Part shown: positions 22,701 to 47,000 of the stretch, one piece after another | How positions within the stretch are numbered: position 1 is the first letter of the stretch | Layout of the letters: each line of letters opens with the position of its first letter | Source: Mizuhopecten yessoensis | Lineage: Eukaryota | Length of the DNA stretch: 64,000 nt | Direction: 5' to 3' | Assembly (NCBI RefSeq): GCF_002113885.1 | Contig: NW_018406969.1 | Coordinates: 3,660 to 67,659, forward strand | Translations under genes and position numbers: made by a program | Notes under the pieces: model-generated | Seen by the model: the letters and a program-made list of their open reading frames with translations, nothing else | Database searches by the model: none | What the model was told of the DNA's origin: nothing

Positions 22701-25526
22701 CCTTGTCCTGCCAGCCTTACAGTGGACGTACACACTCTCTCGGCGCTCTCTGTGCTGCAGAATGAAGTTGACGGCCTGGTTGATGTTTTCCTGCGTAGGA
22801 GTCCCCACATAATCCACTGTCTGCAGTCGCAGTTGTGTGATACCAACCTTCAACCATTCCTTGGGGAAAATATGAGAAGCATGGACGTGAATCTTTCAGT
22901 CACTTTGGTTTTACCTGAACAATTGCATATGTGCAAGCTAAGAACAGATCAAGTAAGAATTGATAGTTCAGTGATATCAATTTGCATATTTCTGTAATTC
23001 CTTATGAAAGTTAACTTTGGTTAATGCACTAACTCACTCACCCTTGAAGACACATCTGAACTCTTCCAATTCAAAGGTAGGAAACGTTCATTATGAAATT
23101 TCTGGGGTGAATGAGTTAATTGTTGTGATTATTATATGTTGATATAACGTCTTTTATAATTTTTGTAAAAGAAATTAACTTCATATTCCATACCAACTAC
23201 AATCTATTGTCATGCCTTCCTCAATACTCCAGGGATTACGCTCAATCTCGCTCTCTACATCCCTTGAATATGTCATAGAGCAAAATTGAAGGCTCAGTGT
23301 GCGTCACCTTGTGGATGAGACAAGCAGACTAGTTTGTTCCTTTGATGTACATGAAAAGAATCTGGCAGTCGCATGATGGTAAAATTGACTGGCTTTTAAA
23401 TTATAATTTGAATGTCCATCCTCTGTAATCTTCAAAGGACAGGTATCAGCGTAGTGATTGGCCAGGCTTTTTTTTACCCGAGACCAATCAAATAGCTATA
23501 ACTTCATGTCTTCAATATTGCAGACAGCGAAAGTTAGCGTAACCCAGGTGTATTGAGGATGTAGTTGTGATGGAAATCAAGTTTTCAGAGCATAGTTCCA
23601 ATTTTTGGCAGTGATATGAAAAATTTGACAGATGAAATTACCTTGAACGATATCAGAAAGACGGACAGACGGGTACAATACTACAAGATAAGCTCATCGG
23701 GTCATACATGTTGGGATAATATTGTAAACAAATCACAAACACAGATAGAAAACATTATACTGCACCTCCTCGGAATTCACAAACTGACTCATCTCAAAAT
23801 CCTCCGTCATAGATACCAGGCCTCGCACATTCTCTTCCTCAACAAGCTGGAAAAGAAATAATCACAAAGAACCTGTATTTTCAGTTTTAGAGTTAAGAAC
23901 TTACACACTATAGATGACTCCAGGTCTATGTTATATGGATTTCTTATAAACCTACTGAAATTTCATTAGACTAGACCTTGGACCAAACAAAAATTACTTA
24001 TATATTAAGTGTATGATTAAATGAATATAAAATATGAATTTTATATTACAACAAATATGAAACAAGACATATAACTAAATGTTAATCACTCTTGTTGATC
24101 CAGATGTTAGTGCGCAGGTGAGGGTCTAAATGTGGGAGGAAACCGTAGTACCCGGAGAAAACCCACGTGATCAGGCAGGTGACCTGATACCTTTTCAGGT
24201 CTGATTGGGGAATCGAACCCCGGCCGCCTTGGTGAAAGGCGAGTGGGCTATCCACTGTGCCACCCGACCACCCAATAATAGACAAAAGATGTAGTCTCGT
24301 GTATTTATTATTACATGAATATGTGTTTGCAATGATTTGTGAACCGCTTTGAGATGACCTACGACCTAGGTTGTGATAAAGTGGTATGTAAGAACCTCGC
24401 ATTATTATTGTTTTGTAAAATAATTCAAAAGAATACTTTTCCCCTTACTACAAAAGTATATATAATTTATCACTGAATCTCACACATATTTGTCTATGAT
24501 ATAAATAATTCCCATAGACATTAATTTTCCTGATGACTATAGCTAGTTTATAGCTGTCTATTACTGAGTATTAGTCTAGCAATAAGTTAAAACTCTGCAT
24601 TATTTGATAACTTCACTTAGAAGTTCTGTAAACTGAATATCGACTAAAATACAATTTTCATCTATAAAATGTTCTGAAAGATATTTTAACAAAACAAACA
24701 GCATATTCATCCTATTTGCTATTGTCATCATGAGTAATTTGTCAGTAGAACATGGCAAGACATGAACAAGGACACTTTTTTCAGTGTATCTTTGGTACTA
24801 TGTAAGAAATCAGATTCTTATACATATATATGTACCGGTATATTGGTATATTATACACCACACATCAGAACCAAAAATCACAAATTTGTATGAAATAATG
24901 AAAAAAAAGGGTCAGTATAGCATTGCTGATGTAACAGAGGTTATAATATCATTCAATTCCTCCTGGTTCAGTGCGCATATAACCGCTGTCACTATAATAT
25001 GACTGGGCAGAATGCTGTACTGGGTGCCTTCGGCATGGTATTTCAGTGAGACAGCACTATAAAGTTGGCACCATGCAGATCTGTGCTATCACAAGGTGGC
25101 AAGTACACTACATACCCTGTCTATGGCACACATACACACATGCATGCATACACAACGCACGTGAAGGCACGTTCTTAAACGACCTTAGCTGTTGATAGGA
25201 TGTTAAACAAAATATAACCAAACCAATCAATGCCTCAACTAGGAGTCGAACCCAGGTCCTCTGGTTTGCTAGTCTTACGCTCTACCAAATGGCTGAGTCA
25301 GTAGGAAACAGCTAATGTTTTCCAAGTTGATACAAAATGAAGTTTTAATATTTACTTGATAACAGGTACAATTACGTACCTGCTTGGTGATTCCTCGCAG
25401 TGGTAAAGCCCCAAGGAGAACAGTTTCATCGATGCGGTCATACCAGTTCCTACTGGTAACCTTGGATAAGAAGATGTTGTAAACCAATGTTGGGTAGAAA
25501 GCCACTTTGGAAAAAAGACTTGACAT
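19793..25526 (-). CDS. PTPMT1: Mitochondrial phosphatidylglycerophosphate/protein-tyrosine phosphatase 1, 186 aa; exons 25526-25380, 23846-23766, 22859-22668, 19933-19793
   Basis: [26 protein letters not shown] / [18 protein letters not shown] / [28 protein letters not shown] / [20 protein letters not shown]. Catalytic HCX5R motif is present and all junctions are phase 0. An acceptor at 25595-25596 suggests an unlocated upstream non-coding exon. Confidence 0.93.
20110..22185. mobile_element. Non-autonomous element with internal ~155-bp tandem repeats (partial sister at ~17133-17630), interrupted by the element at 20390-21421
   Basis: Terminal AGATCCCAGAGGGACCTTGGCGCCCACC; GTCAAAATCCAAGATGG units at 21541, 21693, 21849, 22009. 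Confidence 0.65.
20390..21421 (+). mobile_element. Helentron/pearl-like non-autonomous element with internal ~310-bp duplication
   Basis: 5' TTTTAGGTCACCTGAG, subterminal IR CTCAGGTGACC, 3' hairpin AGGCCCTTGGGCCT then CTTGTT; inserted in a T-run. Confidence 0.7.
24082..24273 (-). mobile_element. tRNA-derived V-SINE; degenerate relatives at ~59270-59400 and ~61545-61660
   Basis: Minus strand has A-box TGGCACAGTGG, B-box GGTTCGATTCC and V-domain-like GGGTTTTCTCCGGGTACTACGGTTTCCTCCCACA. Confidence 0.75.
24960..25228 (+). mobile_element. 5'-truncated SINE (Meta-SINE-like); related copy at ~38000-38320
   Basis: Shared GTCAgTATAATgTGACTGG block, CA-rich segment, and a tail CTTAAAcGACCtTAGCTGTTgATAGGA like that of the 19215 SINE. 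Family name is from memory. Confidence 0.5.
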
Positions 25527-26877
25527 GTTGATCTACAAATTCGGCCCTTGACCTTCCCAAGTCCTAGTCTTTTACCGTTCCATATATTACCAACCTGTGA
25601 CAGAAGGGACAAGTCAACATCAGATACTATCGAAGTGTACAATTCAACAGCCCAACAACTGGGGCTAGTAGATTTTATATCATGACTGGTGAAAAAATGT
25701 TAAATATTTTCTTTGAAAAGATATTTTGGCTAATATTCCACAACCTATTAATTGCACTGTGCACTTGCAAAAACACAAGAGGGGTGCGTTTATTTAATAA
25801 ATCCTTTTCATGCTCAAACCGGCTGAAACTGACCATGTCCATATGTATTAAAACTGCAGCAAGCATGACCTCCCACACATTTACAGTGTAATCTTTCAAA
25901 GGAGGAATCAGCTAACATTATGAAAAGTCAATTGGCCAAATTTTGAATCAGAAAATGATGCTAGACCACTGGCTTAATTACTTTGCCGAGTAACGTAAAT
26001 GGTAAAGGACACAAAGCATTTAGTCAAAAGAAATTTTGAAGTTTATATTGACAGATCAGTGAAGTAAGAAACATTTTAACAGTTTTTCACATTAAGCACA
26101 CCCATTCTCTTTCACAGAAAAAAGGTGGGGGTCCCAGGGGCACTTTATAAATTGAATACAGTATTATAGAAACTACTCTATGTCGTCTACCCGACTTTAA
26201 ATTGTTACCCAGTAAACCTTCAAATCAATATACAGATTTCAAAGGGGAAACATCCATCTTAGTTTGGTTAATAATAGGGCTGCAATGATACGCAATTACC
26301 TGATCAAGATACTATAAGTTTTGTGGTACAATTCTTACGATACAAATATATCTGCTTAAAAGGTCAACTTCATAATGACTTGCTACAGGATTTTAACAAG
26401 TTTTATCATATACTTCAATAGTAAGTACTATCAAAATACATTTTTGTATAATTTCTAGTGCTTTTGGGTACGACTGGACCACATCTTTACTGGAAGATTC
26501 AAAAAATATATAAGTACCCTTTTCGAAAGTTTGATAAAAATGGATTGATAAGTTTAGTAGTTAGTGTATCGTGATAAAGGTAAACCAAACATTTCCGTAC
26601 GATGCACAAGAAAGTACTCTGTATTGCGATATGATACAATATATTGTTGCAACCCTAGCTAATATATGATGTATTGTTTAAGTGTACTGTGACAAAGAAT
26701 ATTTTCACAAAATTTGTATCTGTCCATTGCTTCTGTGACCTTCCATGACCTTTGAACTATTTTTCCAATATAGGCATCTTGCTCTTCTATAGTTATATGA
26801 GACATCAGCCAATCAGATGTACGGGATGTCAGGTTTGGCTTAGATGTGATGTTTTGTTCTAGATATTGCATCAGAAA

Positions 26878-28792
26878 AACAAGAGGCCCAATTGGCCTGC
26901 ATCGCTCACCTGGTATTAATCTCACAATTGTAACCTTAAGATTGGACTAAAATAAAGCTACAGGCAAAATATCAGTGTCTTGACTTAAGTCATTCAAAAA
27001 TACCTGTTAAACGATTAAACACACATTTGACCCCTGTGACCTTGAAAGACAAACATCTTACATGGACATTAAAGGGGCTGGTCGGGGAAAAAATGTCGTA
27101 TTTGCTAAAATAGCAAACACATGTTTAAAATACCTTCTTATGAAATATACCGATTCAAATTTTGCTGAAATTCACTCCCTAAGAGTAAAAATTATAATTA
27201 TATTAAAGAAATCCTAAATCGTCACCCGACAGTGTAAAACTCTCAATTGACCCAGATCAGTGACGTAATTTTACCGCATGCGCGTCATCAACAAGGCCAA
27301 ATGTAAACATCACGGCGAAAGAAAAAGATGCATGCAAAAGTCATGACAGGCACGAGGTATCAATACCGTTATATATAACAACAACATATAAGTAGGAATA
27401 CTACACTTTCTTCATACATGACCTTTGAAAACAATTCTTTATGCAAAGTATTGCTGTCTTGTCCGCTAGTTGAGTCCGACATGGCTGATAGACAGTGTGC
27501 TATTATTGTTATCTTCACTGCCTCACTTTCAAAACAACCACGCGACATATATATATATAGATCTGCGCTTCCCCCGAGATTTCAGTGGTCAAAACTCGAC
27601 ATTGCAAGCAGATCTCGACCATCATATTGCCGTGGTATAACTTTTGGAAGGCCAGAGAACGCATTTAGACCCATTTATTTTGTAATTTTTTCCCCGACAA
27701 GCCCCTTAAATTGAACAAACTCTATAGCCTTCCTCACAGAATGCAACATGTCAAACATCACCCTAATGGCCCTATACCTTTTGTTTATTGCACAAAAGTT
27801 AATGCACTGTGGACCAGATGTGACCTTGAAAGTATGTCAAGGTCATTCACATGAACAACCGATCACCCTGGAACCTTAAGTTATTCAGAAGTTGTTTTTA
27901 ATTTTTTTCAGACGAATAACCACTGTGACCTTGCATATGGGCAAAGGTAATTAATTTGAACAAACTTGGTAGTGCTTCGTCCCAGCATACTACTGGCCAA
28001 ATATCACCCTGGGCATTTTGGTTATTCGGAAGAAGTCGTTTAAAGGTTTTAACAAATTTGACCCCTGTGACTTTGAATATGGGCAAAGGTCATTTCTTTT
28101 TGCAAACTTTGTAGGGCTTCATCTTTTTTCCCTATCAGCCAATGCAAAGATCATGCTTCTGGGCCTTTCAATTATTCATCAGTTGATGAAAAAAGTTGTT
28201 TAAGGTTTTAAAGGTTTTAACAAATTTGACCCCTGTGACCTTGAATACAGGTCAAGGTCATTTCTTTTTGCAAACTTCGTCAGACATTATCCTAGGAACA
28301 TATCAGCTAAATAGCATGCTTCAGGGCCTGTCAGTTAAAAGATTTTAAAAAAATTTGACCCCTATGACCTTGAATATGGGTTAAGGTCATTTCTGTTCGC
28401 AAACCTTGTCGGGCGTCATCGTAGGAACCTATCAGCCAAATATCTAGTTTCTGGGCCTTTTGTTTAATCAGAAGAAGTTGTTTAAAGGTTTTAAATAATT
28501 TGACCCCTGAGACCTTGAACATGGGTCAAGGTCATTTCTTTTCGCAAAGTTTGTCAGGCTTCATGCTAGGAACCTATCTGCCAAATATCACGCTTCTGGG
28601 ACTTTTTGTTAATCAGAAGAAGTTTTTTAAAGGTTTTAACAAATTTGACCCCTGTGACCTTGAATATGGGTCAAGGCCATTTCTTTTTTCAAACTTTGTT
28701 GGGCTTCATCCCAGCAACCAACCAGCCAAATATCATGACATTTGGCCTGTTGGTTATTGAGAAGAAGTCGCACTTGGGGCCAGGTGAGCTAA
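26878..28792 (-). mobile_element. Helentron-like element with ~145-bp internal tandem repeats
   Basis: AACAAGAGGCCCAATTGGCCT hairpin + GCTCACCTGG at one end and CCAGGTGAGCTAA at the other; TGACCCCTGTGACCTTGA-type units at 28059, 28227, 28356, 28501, 28646. Confidence 0.7.
27069..27709. mobile_element. TTAA-flanked non-autonomous DNA transposon (Kolobok-like purine-rich termini), nested in the 26878-28792 element
   Basis: TTAA AGGGGCTGGTCGGGGAAAAAAT ... ATTTTTTCCCCGACAAGCCCC TTAA. Confidence 0.65.
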
Positions 28793-29102
28793 CAAGACTT
28801 TCCTAAAATATCAAATTGTCACCTGGACTTTTGACCTAAGTTACGAGACCTCAAAATCAATGAACTTTTACTCCTTTTGTATGGGTATCATTAATCCAAA
28901 TTAATTGCTTACACAAAATGAATTGTTCCAAACATTCCGCAACTAACATTTAAATAAATATAATATCCCTGTCGCCAAAGGGAGTGCAGGACGGACATAA
29001 TTTACTACTGGAAAAGAGGGAGTGAGGCAGGACTCAAATCTATATTTTTATATATATATATGGGGCAAAGAAGTAATTCCAACAGTGTGGACAAGTTTAG
29101 GT

Positions 29103-29141
29103 TGTCAAATTTTCGGAGCGATCCGCTCCTTTATCAAGACA
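29103..29141 (-). ncRNA. Putative minimal type I hammerhead ribozyme variant (Penelope/retrozyme-type)
   Basis: Minus strand UGUC UUGAUAA A GGAGCG-GAU-CGCUCC GAA AAUU U GACA: stem I, core with U3-A8 in place of C3-G8, 6-bp stem II, GAAA and a palindromic tetranucleotide. Confidence 0.5.
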
Positions 29142-29409
29142 CAGTGAAACAGAACAGTTACATGTACATATACATCATATTACAAGAAGATAGAACTGAT
29201 ATACTATAATTGAAAATATAGCTATTATATAAAACCAAGTCCCCTCGGCTAAAGACAGCCGAAGGCATCAATTAAGCTGAAAGTATCGCGGACAAGGAAC
29301 GCTGATGTAGAGGACCTATTCTTGCGCAAGATGAACTATCACATAAAGTGAGTCAACGAGAGATAAGCACCAGAAAGAAAGGATGAGATATATATTTATC
29401 TATATTATT

Positions 29410-30040
29410 CTATTATGGCCCTTTCCCGAGGGAACTGTTCTCTTATAGTGTTGTCTGGGGAGGCACTATACCTCTCCAGACAACACTTTAAGAGAACTGT
29501 TCCCGAGGGAAAGGGTCGTAATAGATTTAGTACATCCCATGACTGTCATTTGACAATAAAAAGTAACATATTTAATAATTAACAACAAATGACGATAAGA
29601 TAATGTTTTAAATAGATCTCTCCTTTTTTGTTGCATATTCAATTCACTGGATTGAAATCACCACTAGGTCACATACGGTTCCCCTTTCCAGTAGGAAGTC
29701 TAAGGTCTTCGACGTCAAATGGTGTCGCCTGCTTCGTCTTTATGCATTGCTGAGCCTCTGCGAAGCAATCGGCATTCCTGATCCCGAAATTCGAAGCCAT
29801 TTTGGCAGACGACAACAATGAAGTGAAAGTAGAATATATACAGCGCCCTCTAGGAGAAGGGGCGCAACTCTTAGCGTCATGTTACTTTTCCCGCAGTCTC
29901 AGCGGTAAAAAAAAAAGGTATAGTGCCGGTCTCCAGGTATAGTTCCCGTTGTCAACGGCGGATGCTAACTATACCAAATAGAACAAGGGTAGTTATCCAA
30001 TAGCTATCCTAGAAATTATCATGTGATGTACTAAATATAT
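29410..30040. mobile_element. Fold-back element: ~100-bp hairpin (29417-29518) plus inverted ATAGATTTAGTACATCCCATGA / TCATGTGATGTACTAAATATAT
   Basis: Inverted repeats read directly from the sequence; family unknown. Confidence 0.55.
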
Positions 30041-30258
30041 ATAGCAAAAGGGTGGCCTTCTAGCTACCAGCTAGAGGGAATTAATTCCCTTTAGCGCAGT
30101 GGTAGAGCGTTCAACTGAGGAAGTATAGGATATTTTAAGTGTGCTTACCTGGTACCAACTCCTGTTGTCAATACACCGGTACTAGCCTGGTCTGTCAATA
30201 CACCTATACGATTATATTATAGCTGTATTGACAGACGAGGTAAGTACCTGCGGTCACT

Positions 30259-30463
30259 CACAGGGACCTGAGAATTTGTTACAGCTATAATTGGACCTAA
30301 ACTAATGCGTTCAGAGTAATTTTACATGTTAATAGGAGTCGATCTAAAATTAGGGGGTTAAAATGACACAAAAAATCGATCTAACCCTATAAACATATAA
30401 AATTGCTCTGAACACATTAGTTTAGTTCCAATTATAGCTGTAACAAATTTTCAGGTCCCTGTG
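30259..30463. mobile_element. Fold-back MITE with CACAGGGACCTGA termini
   Basis: ~80-bp inverted arms ending TCAGGTCCCTGTG. Confidence 0.7.
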
Positions 30464-30497
30464 TTGTCAATAGGATATATTGGCACTGAGGCCTAGT

Positions 30498-30654
30498 CAC
30501 AGGCGCTTGTATCTGGTATTTAATACCTGAGCTAAAATCCAAAATCCACTACTTACATATTGTATCTGGTATTTAATACCTGAGCTTAAATACAAAATCC
30601 ACTACTTACATGTCATATGTGATTTTGGATTTTAACCAGATACAAGCGCCTGTG
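30498..30654. mobile_element. MITE with CACAGGCGCTTGTATCTGGT TIRs and GCCTAGT target duplication
   Basis: Perfect 20-bp TIR, duplicated flanks, and an internal ~54-bp tandem duplication. Confidence 0.75.
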
Positions 30655-31139
30655 GCCTAGTCAAGACCCTGAGAGTTTTCAGAAAGACAGCAAAATGGAT
30701 CTGGCATTTTGAATTGCGACCATGATCCACTTATATTCAGTGCAGTCAATACCAAAGAAGATGAAGTACCCCGACAAACCAAATTACCGAAAAGGCGTGT
30801 TTATGGCAATCGTCTGCATGCAAGAGCACCGTGGACAACGTCATTTACACGCTTCGTTGCGGAACTCTTTTGTTCCTGGAGAGTAGTTTAATTGAAAGGG
30901 AGAAATAATTATTTTAAGAACATTTAAAAATATTATGTAAAAATAATATCAACTAGGTCTTCTACTCATTTTTCCAATTTCAAGAAGTTAATTCAAAATA
31001 ATTTGCTTATTGGAATCTTTCTTTGAATAGAACTATCTCGAAAACCCTTTTTTGAAAACTCTCAATATGGCAATAATGGTATGTCCCTTCTTGGGAACAA
31101 AGGTTACTCAAGTTTGCTGCAGATGACCGACCTGTGAAA

Positions 31140-42607
<11,468 letters not shown>

Positions 42608-43819
42608 GACTAGGTATTTAGGTGTGTATATAAAGTGAAGGATACAGCTCAGTAACTCAGGATGAGAGATTCATAGGGCTACCAGGTATTTAGGGTGTAT
42701 ATATACTAGAAGATCCTATATAGAAACTCAGGGACCGACAATTTGTATAGGAGTAGATATTGAGGTGTGTATACACAGGATGAAAGCATTATATATTGGA
42801 CTTCATATTTAAGTGTAAGATCCTTTAAAGAAAATCGGGGACCAACAATTTGTATAAGAGTAGGTATTTAGGTGTTTATACTCGGGATGAAAGGTTTATA
42901 TTTAGGACTTTTTAATTTATAAATAGGACTTTTTAATTAGGTGTATATATATACTAGAAGATCCTATATAGAAACTCGGGGTCTGACATTTTGTATAGGA
43001 GTAGATATTTAGGTGTGTATGCACAGGATGAAAGATTTATATATAGGACTTCATATTTAGGTGTATATCCTATATAGAAACTCGGGGACTAACAAGTTGT
43101 ATATGTAGGTCTAGGTACTGATAATCATGGTTTATAAACCATAGGCCCCAAACAGTAAACTTAGGACACATGATTTATATATATATATGAAAAAGAAGAA
43201 ATTTGTTGTGTATATAACTGATTCAACCCTGAAATTTCATAATGAACTATTCCAACATCTGAATTGGAAGAGTCCAATTGTGTCTTCAGGGATGTATGAG
43301 TTCATAGAAACTCAGCTGTTTGGCAACCAGTTCACTATAAAAAGCACGAATATATCTATAGTGATTGTCTATAATTAACATTTGTCTATGGTCAACAACT
43401 TTAAAGTGATGTCCTGCTTATAGCAACCAGTTGTCTATAAATACCAGCTATGAGTTAATGTCACCTGTCTTGGTTTATTTAATTTGTTATTTTTTTTTTA
43501 TTTTTTTTTTTCCAGAGATTTCTTAAGACCGAGAGATCAATTCTGCAGTTAGTGGATGTGATTAATTTTGTGAATTTGATGTTGAATGGAATTTATTGGA
43601 CATTTCATCGTGTGATACAAGGGAGGCGACCCCCTTATCAAGCTCCATGATCTGTGTATATAGACTGATGAGAATCTGTGTAACAGAACCATTACCAAAT
43701 CATATTTAAATTATCAGAAAATTATACTGTTGTTTTGTTCTTCATTTCAATTTCTCTGAACAACATGCCCTGGCAGCCACAGAAAATGTCCTTTTGGTCA
43801 TTTCAGTATCTATATATAT

Positions 43820-45070
43820 GGCAACTATATGTCTGACTAACACCTGTCTATAGCAACACCTATCTATATCGGCCACGCAAATATCCCTCACAGCTTAAAT
43901 AGTCTGAAGCGACAACACGTCTGTGACTAATACTTGTCTATAGCAACCACCTATCTATATCAGCCACTCGAATATACCCTGAACACTTAAATAGTCTGGA
44001 TCGACAACACGTCTGTGACTTAGCGACAACACATCGTTGACTAACACTTGTCTATAGCAACCACCTATCTATATCAGCCTATGTAAATATCCCTCACAGC
44101 TTAAATAGTCTGTAACGACAACACGTCTGTGACATAGCGACAACACAACGATAACTAACACTTTTATATAGCAACCACCTATCTACCACTTAAATAGTCT
44201 GTAGCGACAACACATAGGTGACTAACACTTGTCTATAGCAACCACCTATCTATATTAGCCACTCAAAAAAACCTGACCAATTAAATTGTCTGTAACGACA
44301 ACACGTCTGTGACTTAGCAACAACACATCGGTGACTGACATTTGTCTATAGCAACCACCTATCTATATCAGCCACTCAAAAAAAACCTGACCACTTAAAT
44401 TGTCTGTTACGACAACACGTCTGTGACTTAGCGACAACACAACAGTGACTTACACTTGTCTATAGCAAACGCCTATCTATAACAGCCACAATAAACCTCC
44501 CTGACTGCTCAATATGCTATAGTGAATACCTGTCTATAGCAACCAGCTGTCTAACATAGCCACATGAAATATCCCTGACTGATATAGTGTCCACATGTCT
44601 GACTTTTACCTGTCACAACCACCTGTCTAATAAACAGAGGATCCTTTTGAACACAGTAGATATTCTTGACCGCTCAACGTTCAACAATGACTACCTGTCT
44701 ATGGCAACCATTTATCTTAAGTAGCCATATTGAATATCCCTGACTGCTGTAGAAGAATATAGTGATAACTTATCTATAGCGATCACCTGTCTTTAACAAC
44801 CAACTGTCTATAGCGATCACCTGTCTATATCAGCCACAGCAGATATCCCCGACAGATATAGCAAGATATAGTGATAACCTGTCTATAGCTACCACCTGTT
44901 TAAAGTGATCATCTGTTTATAGTGATCACCTGTCTATAGCAATCACCTGTCTATATCAGCCACAGTAGATATCCCCGACTGCTATAGCAGGATATAGTGA
45001 TCACCTGTCTATAACTACCTCCTGTGTATAGTGATCACCTGTCTATATCAGCTGCAGTAGATATCCCCAA
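43820..45070. repeat. Degenerate tandem arrays of CTGTCTATAGCAACCACC / GCGACAACAC motifs
   Basis: Motif recurs throughout, with ~120-bp higher-order units at 43850-44480. Confidence 0.8.
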
Positions 45071-47000
45071 CATTTTAATAGGATACTCCTTGGCAAGGTG
45101 AAACTTAAACTGGTCAATTAGAAGCTTGTATGAAATCTTTGTCGAAACTAATGTATAAATAATTTTCATTTTAATTCACCAATAGCCAGAGGTATACACT
45201 GTGGCTGTTATAACATACCCGAGTCTTAATGATTGTTATCACTATTGTAAGGTATACATCCTTAACCGGTAATCTCATTCCGTACAAATGGTCTTCCTTT
45301 TGATTCTTTTATGAATTGACAAATCTAGCACATATATATTATCCTATTACACGATTATGAACTGAAAAAGCCATAACAATAGCTGCAAGAACCGCAGCTC
45401 TGGGTCCGATCAATTTGATTTGATTTTGAAATTTTACATTATTTATATTTTGAAGTTTTACATTATTAGTCTAAGGTCTGATAATGTAAAATTTCAACTT
45501 CTTCTACATTCGTGATGTAATAATACTTTTCATTGGTTAATAACCATGGATTATTAGACGATAGACCATGCGCGAGCATGTATTATCTTCCAACAGACCA
45601 ACGCTCTTCCAAAAGCCTCTCCCGCAAATTTACTGGTAAAGAAGCGAGTTGTGGTACTGGTTTCATTTGTCGAACAAATTTAACTGCATTTAATTTTATA
45701 TGTATTTGAAGATTTGCTACAGGACAAACGAAAGATCTAATTAAAACCCTGTCAAGCTCACCATGAGAATGTTTCGCTTAACTTACCACAAAAATGATTT
45801 TAAATAGTATTTGTAAATTTGTCGAATGCTGATTTCATGTGTTGGCGAGGGATGTGGACAGATCGGTGGATTTAATTGATTGAAATAAACATAACATAAA
45901 CATAAAGCATGACGTCGGTGTTAATTGTTTATCGCCCGTCAACCAAATGGCGCCTGAAAATGAAAAATTCTTCCCAAATATATCCTGGTTAAATACGAAA
46001 ATAGGACAACTGTTCACAGGGCAAGAATTGATAAAAATGTGCAGGTTGTCGTGAAATGAAGACATATAGGCATCACATGACAAATATTAGTGTGTGCAAG
46101 TGGACCTGCTAATTTAGATAATTAGATTATGTCATTTTGCTTATCACAGACAAAAGGACACTGAAGTGGGCCATGACACCAAGACGACTTTCATTACATT
46201 TAACTTGGTAGAATAGATATAATCAACATATGTTTGTATATTTTGGTGGAATATTTAACGCGGGATTCAGAAATGTTGAAAAAATAGTAAATTCAGGGTC
46301 AGCAAGCGGCCTTCGTTAATTAATTTTTCCAACATGATGATTACATCTTATCACTCTTGTTTCAATAATTCCTCCATAATACACGCACATACCGGTATGT
46401 TGATTATTTATCAATAAAATTGAATCGGTCGGCCCTAGGGCAATATGCTTCCAGCAGCTACCACAACATGTGCATATAATGTTAAACTCATTCACCCCAA
46501 AAGTCACATTTGAACCTTACCAAATCAATGACTGGGCAGGTTCACTTTAGATACGTAGGGGTGAAATAAAGGAATTACCTAATTTGATATAAAGGATCAC
46601 CAGGCCAAGGAAACTCAACATTGTATGGAGACTTCATGTATACCCCATAAACACCTCATGATTTCAACCCTTTCACCACTGCGAACCACAATAGACTCAT
46701 TCAGATAAATGAATGGTAGAGTCCACTGAAGTTATATGTAATACTCCACAGAGACCAAAATGGCTTTAATACGGAGAATTATAATTTTGAAAGCTTTTAA
46801 AAACAGTGTGGAAGGAACTATAATTTTGAAGTGTTTGACCACAGAGATGGGATAGTCTGTATAGAAAGAGAAAAATAGTCAAATGAAAAATGACAGCATA
46901 TTGAGCAACAAGTTAATTAATGTACTTTGTTAAACAAATTATCAATATTTATTTTAGATGTGCAATAAAACCTTTTTCAAACATCATTATATATAGTCTT

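Noticed and set aside
22860-23765. Non-canonical (U12) intron in PTPMT1, suggested by the weak GTGCAG donor and AAG acceptor
   Set aside because: Still GT-AG and lacks the RTATCCTT U12 donor; weak but ordinary sites.
30140-30560. Candidate minus-strand donors for the PTPMT1 non-coding first exon (CAG/GTAAGC near 30148, GTAAGT near 30556)
   Set aside because: Several candidates exist, one inside a MITE; cannot choose without transcripts.
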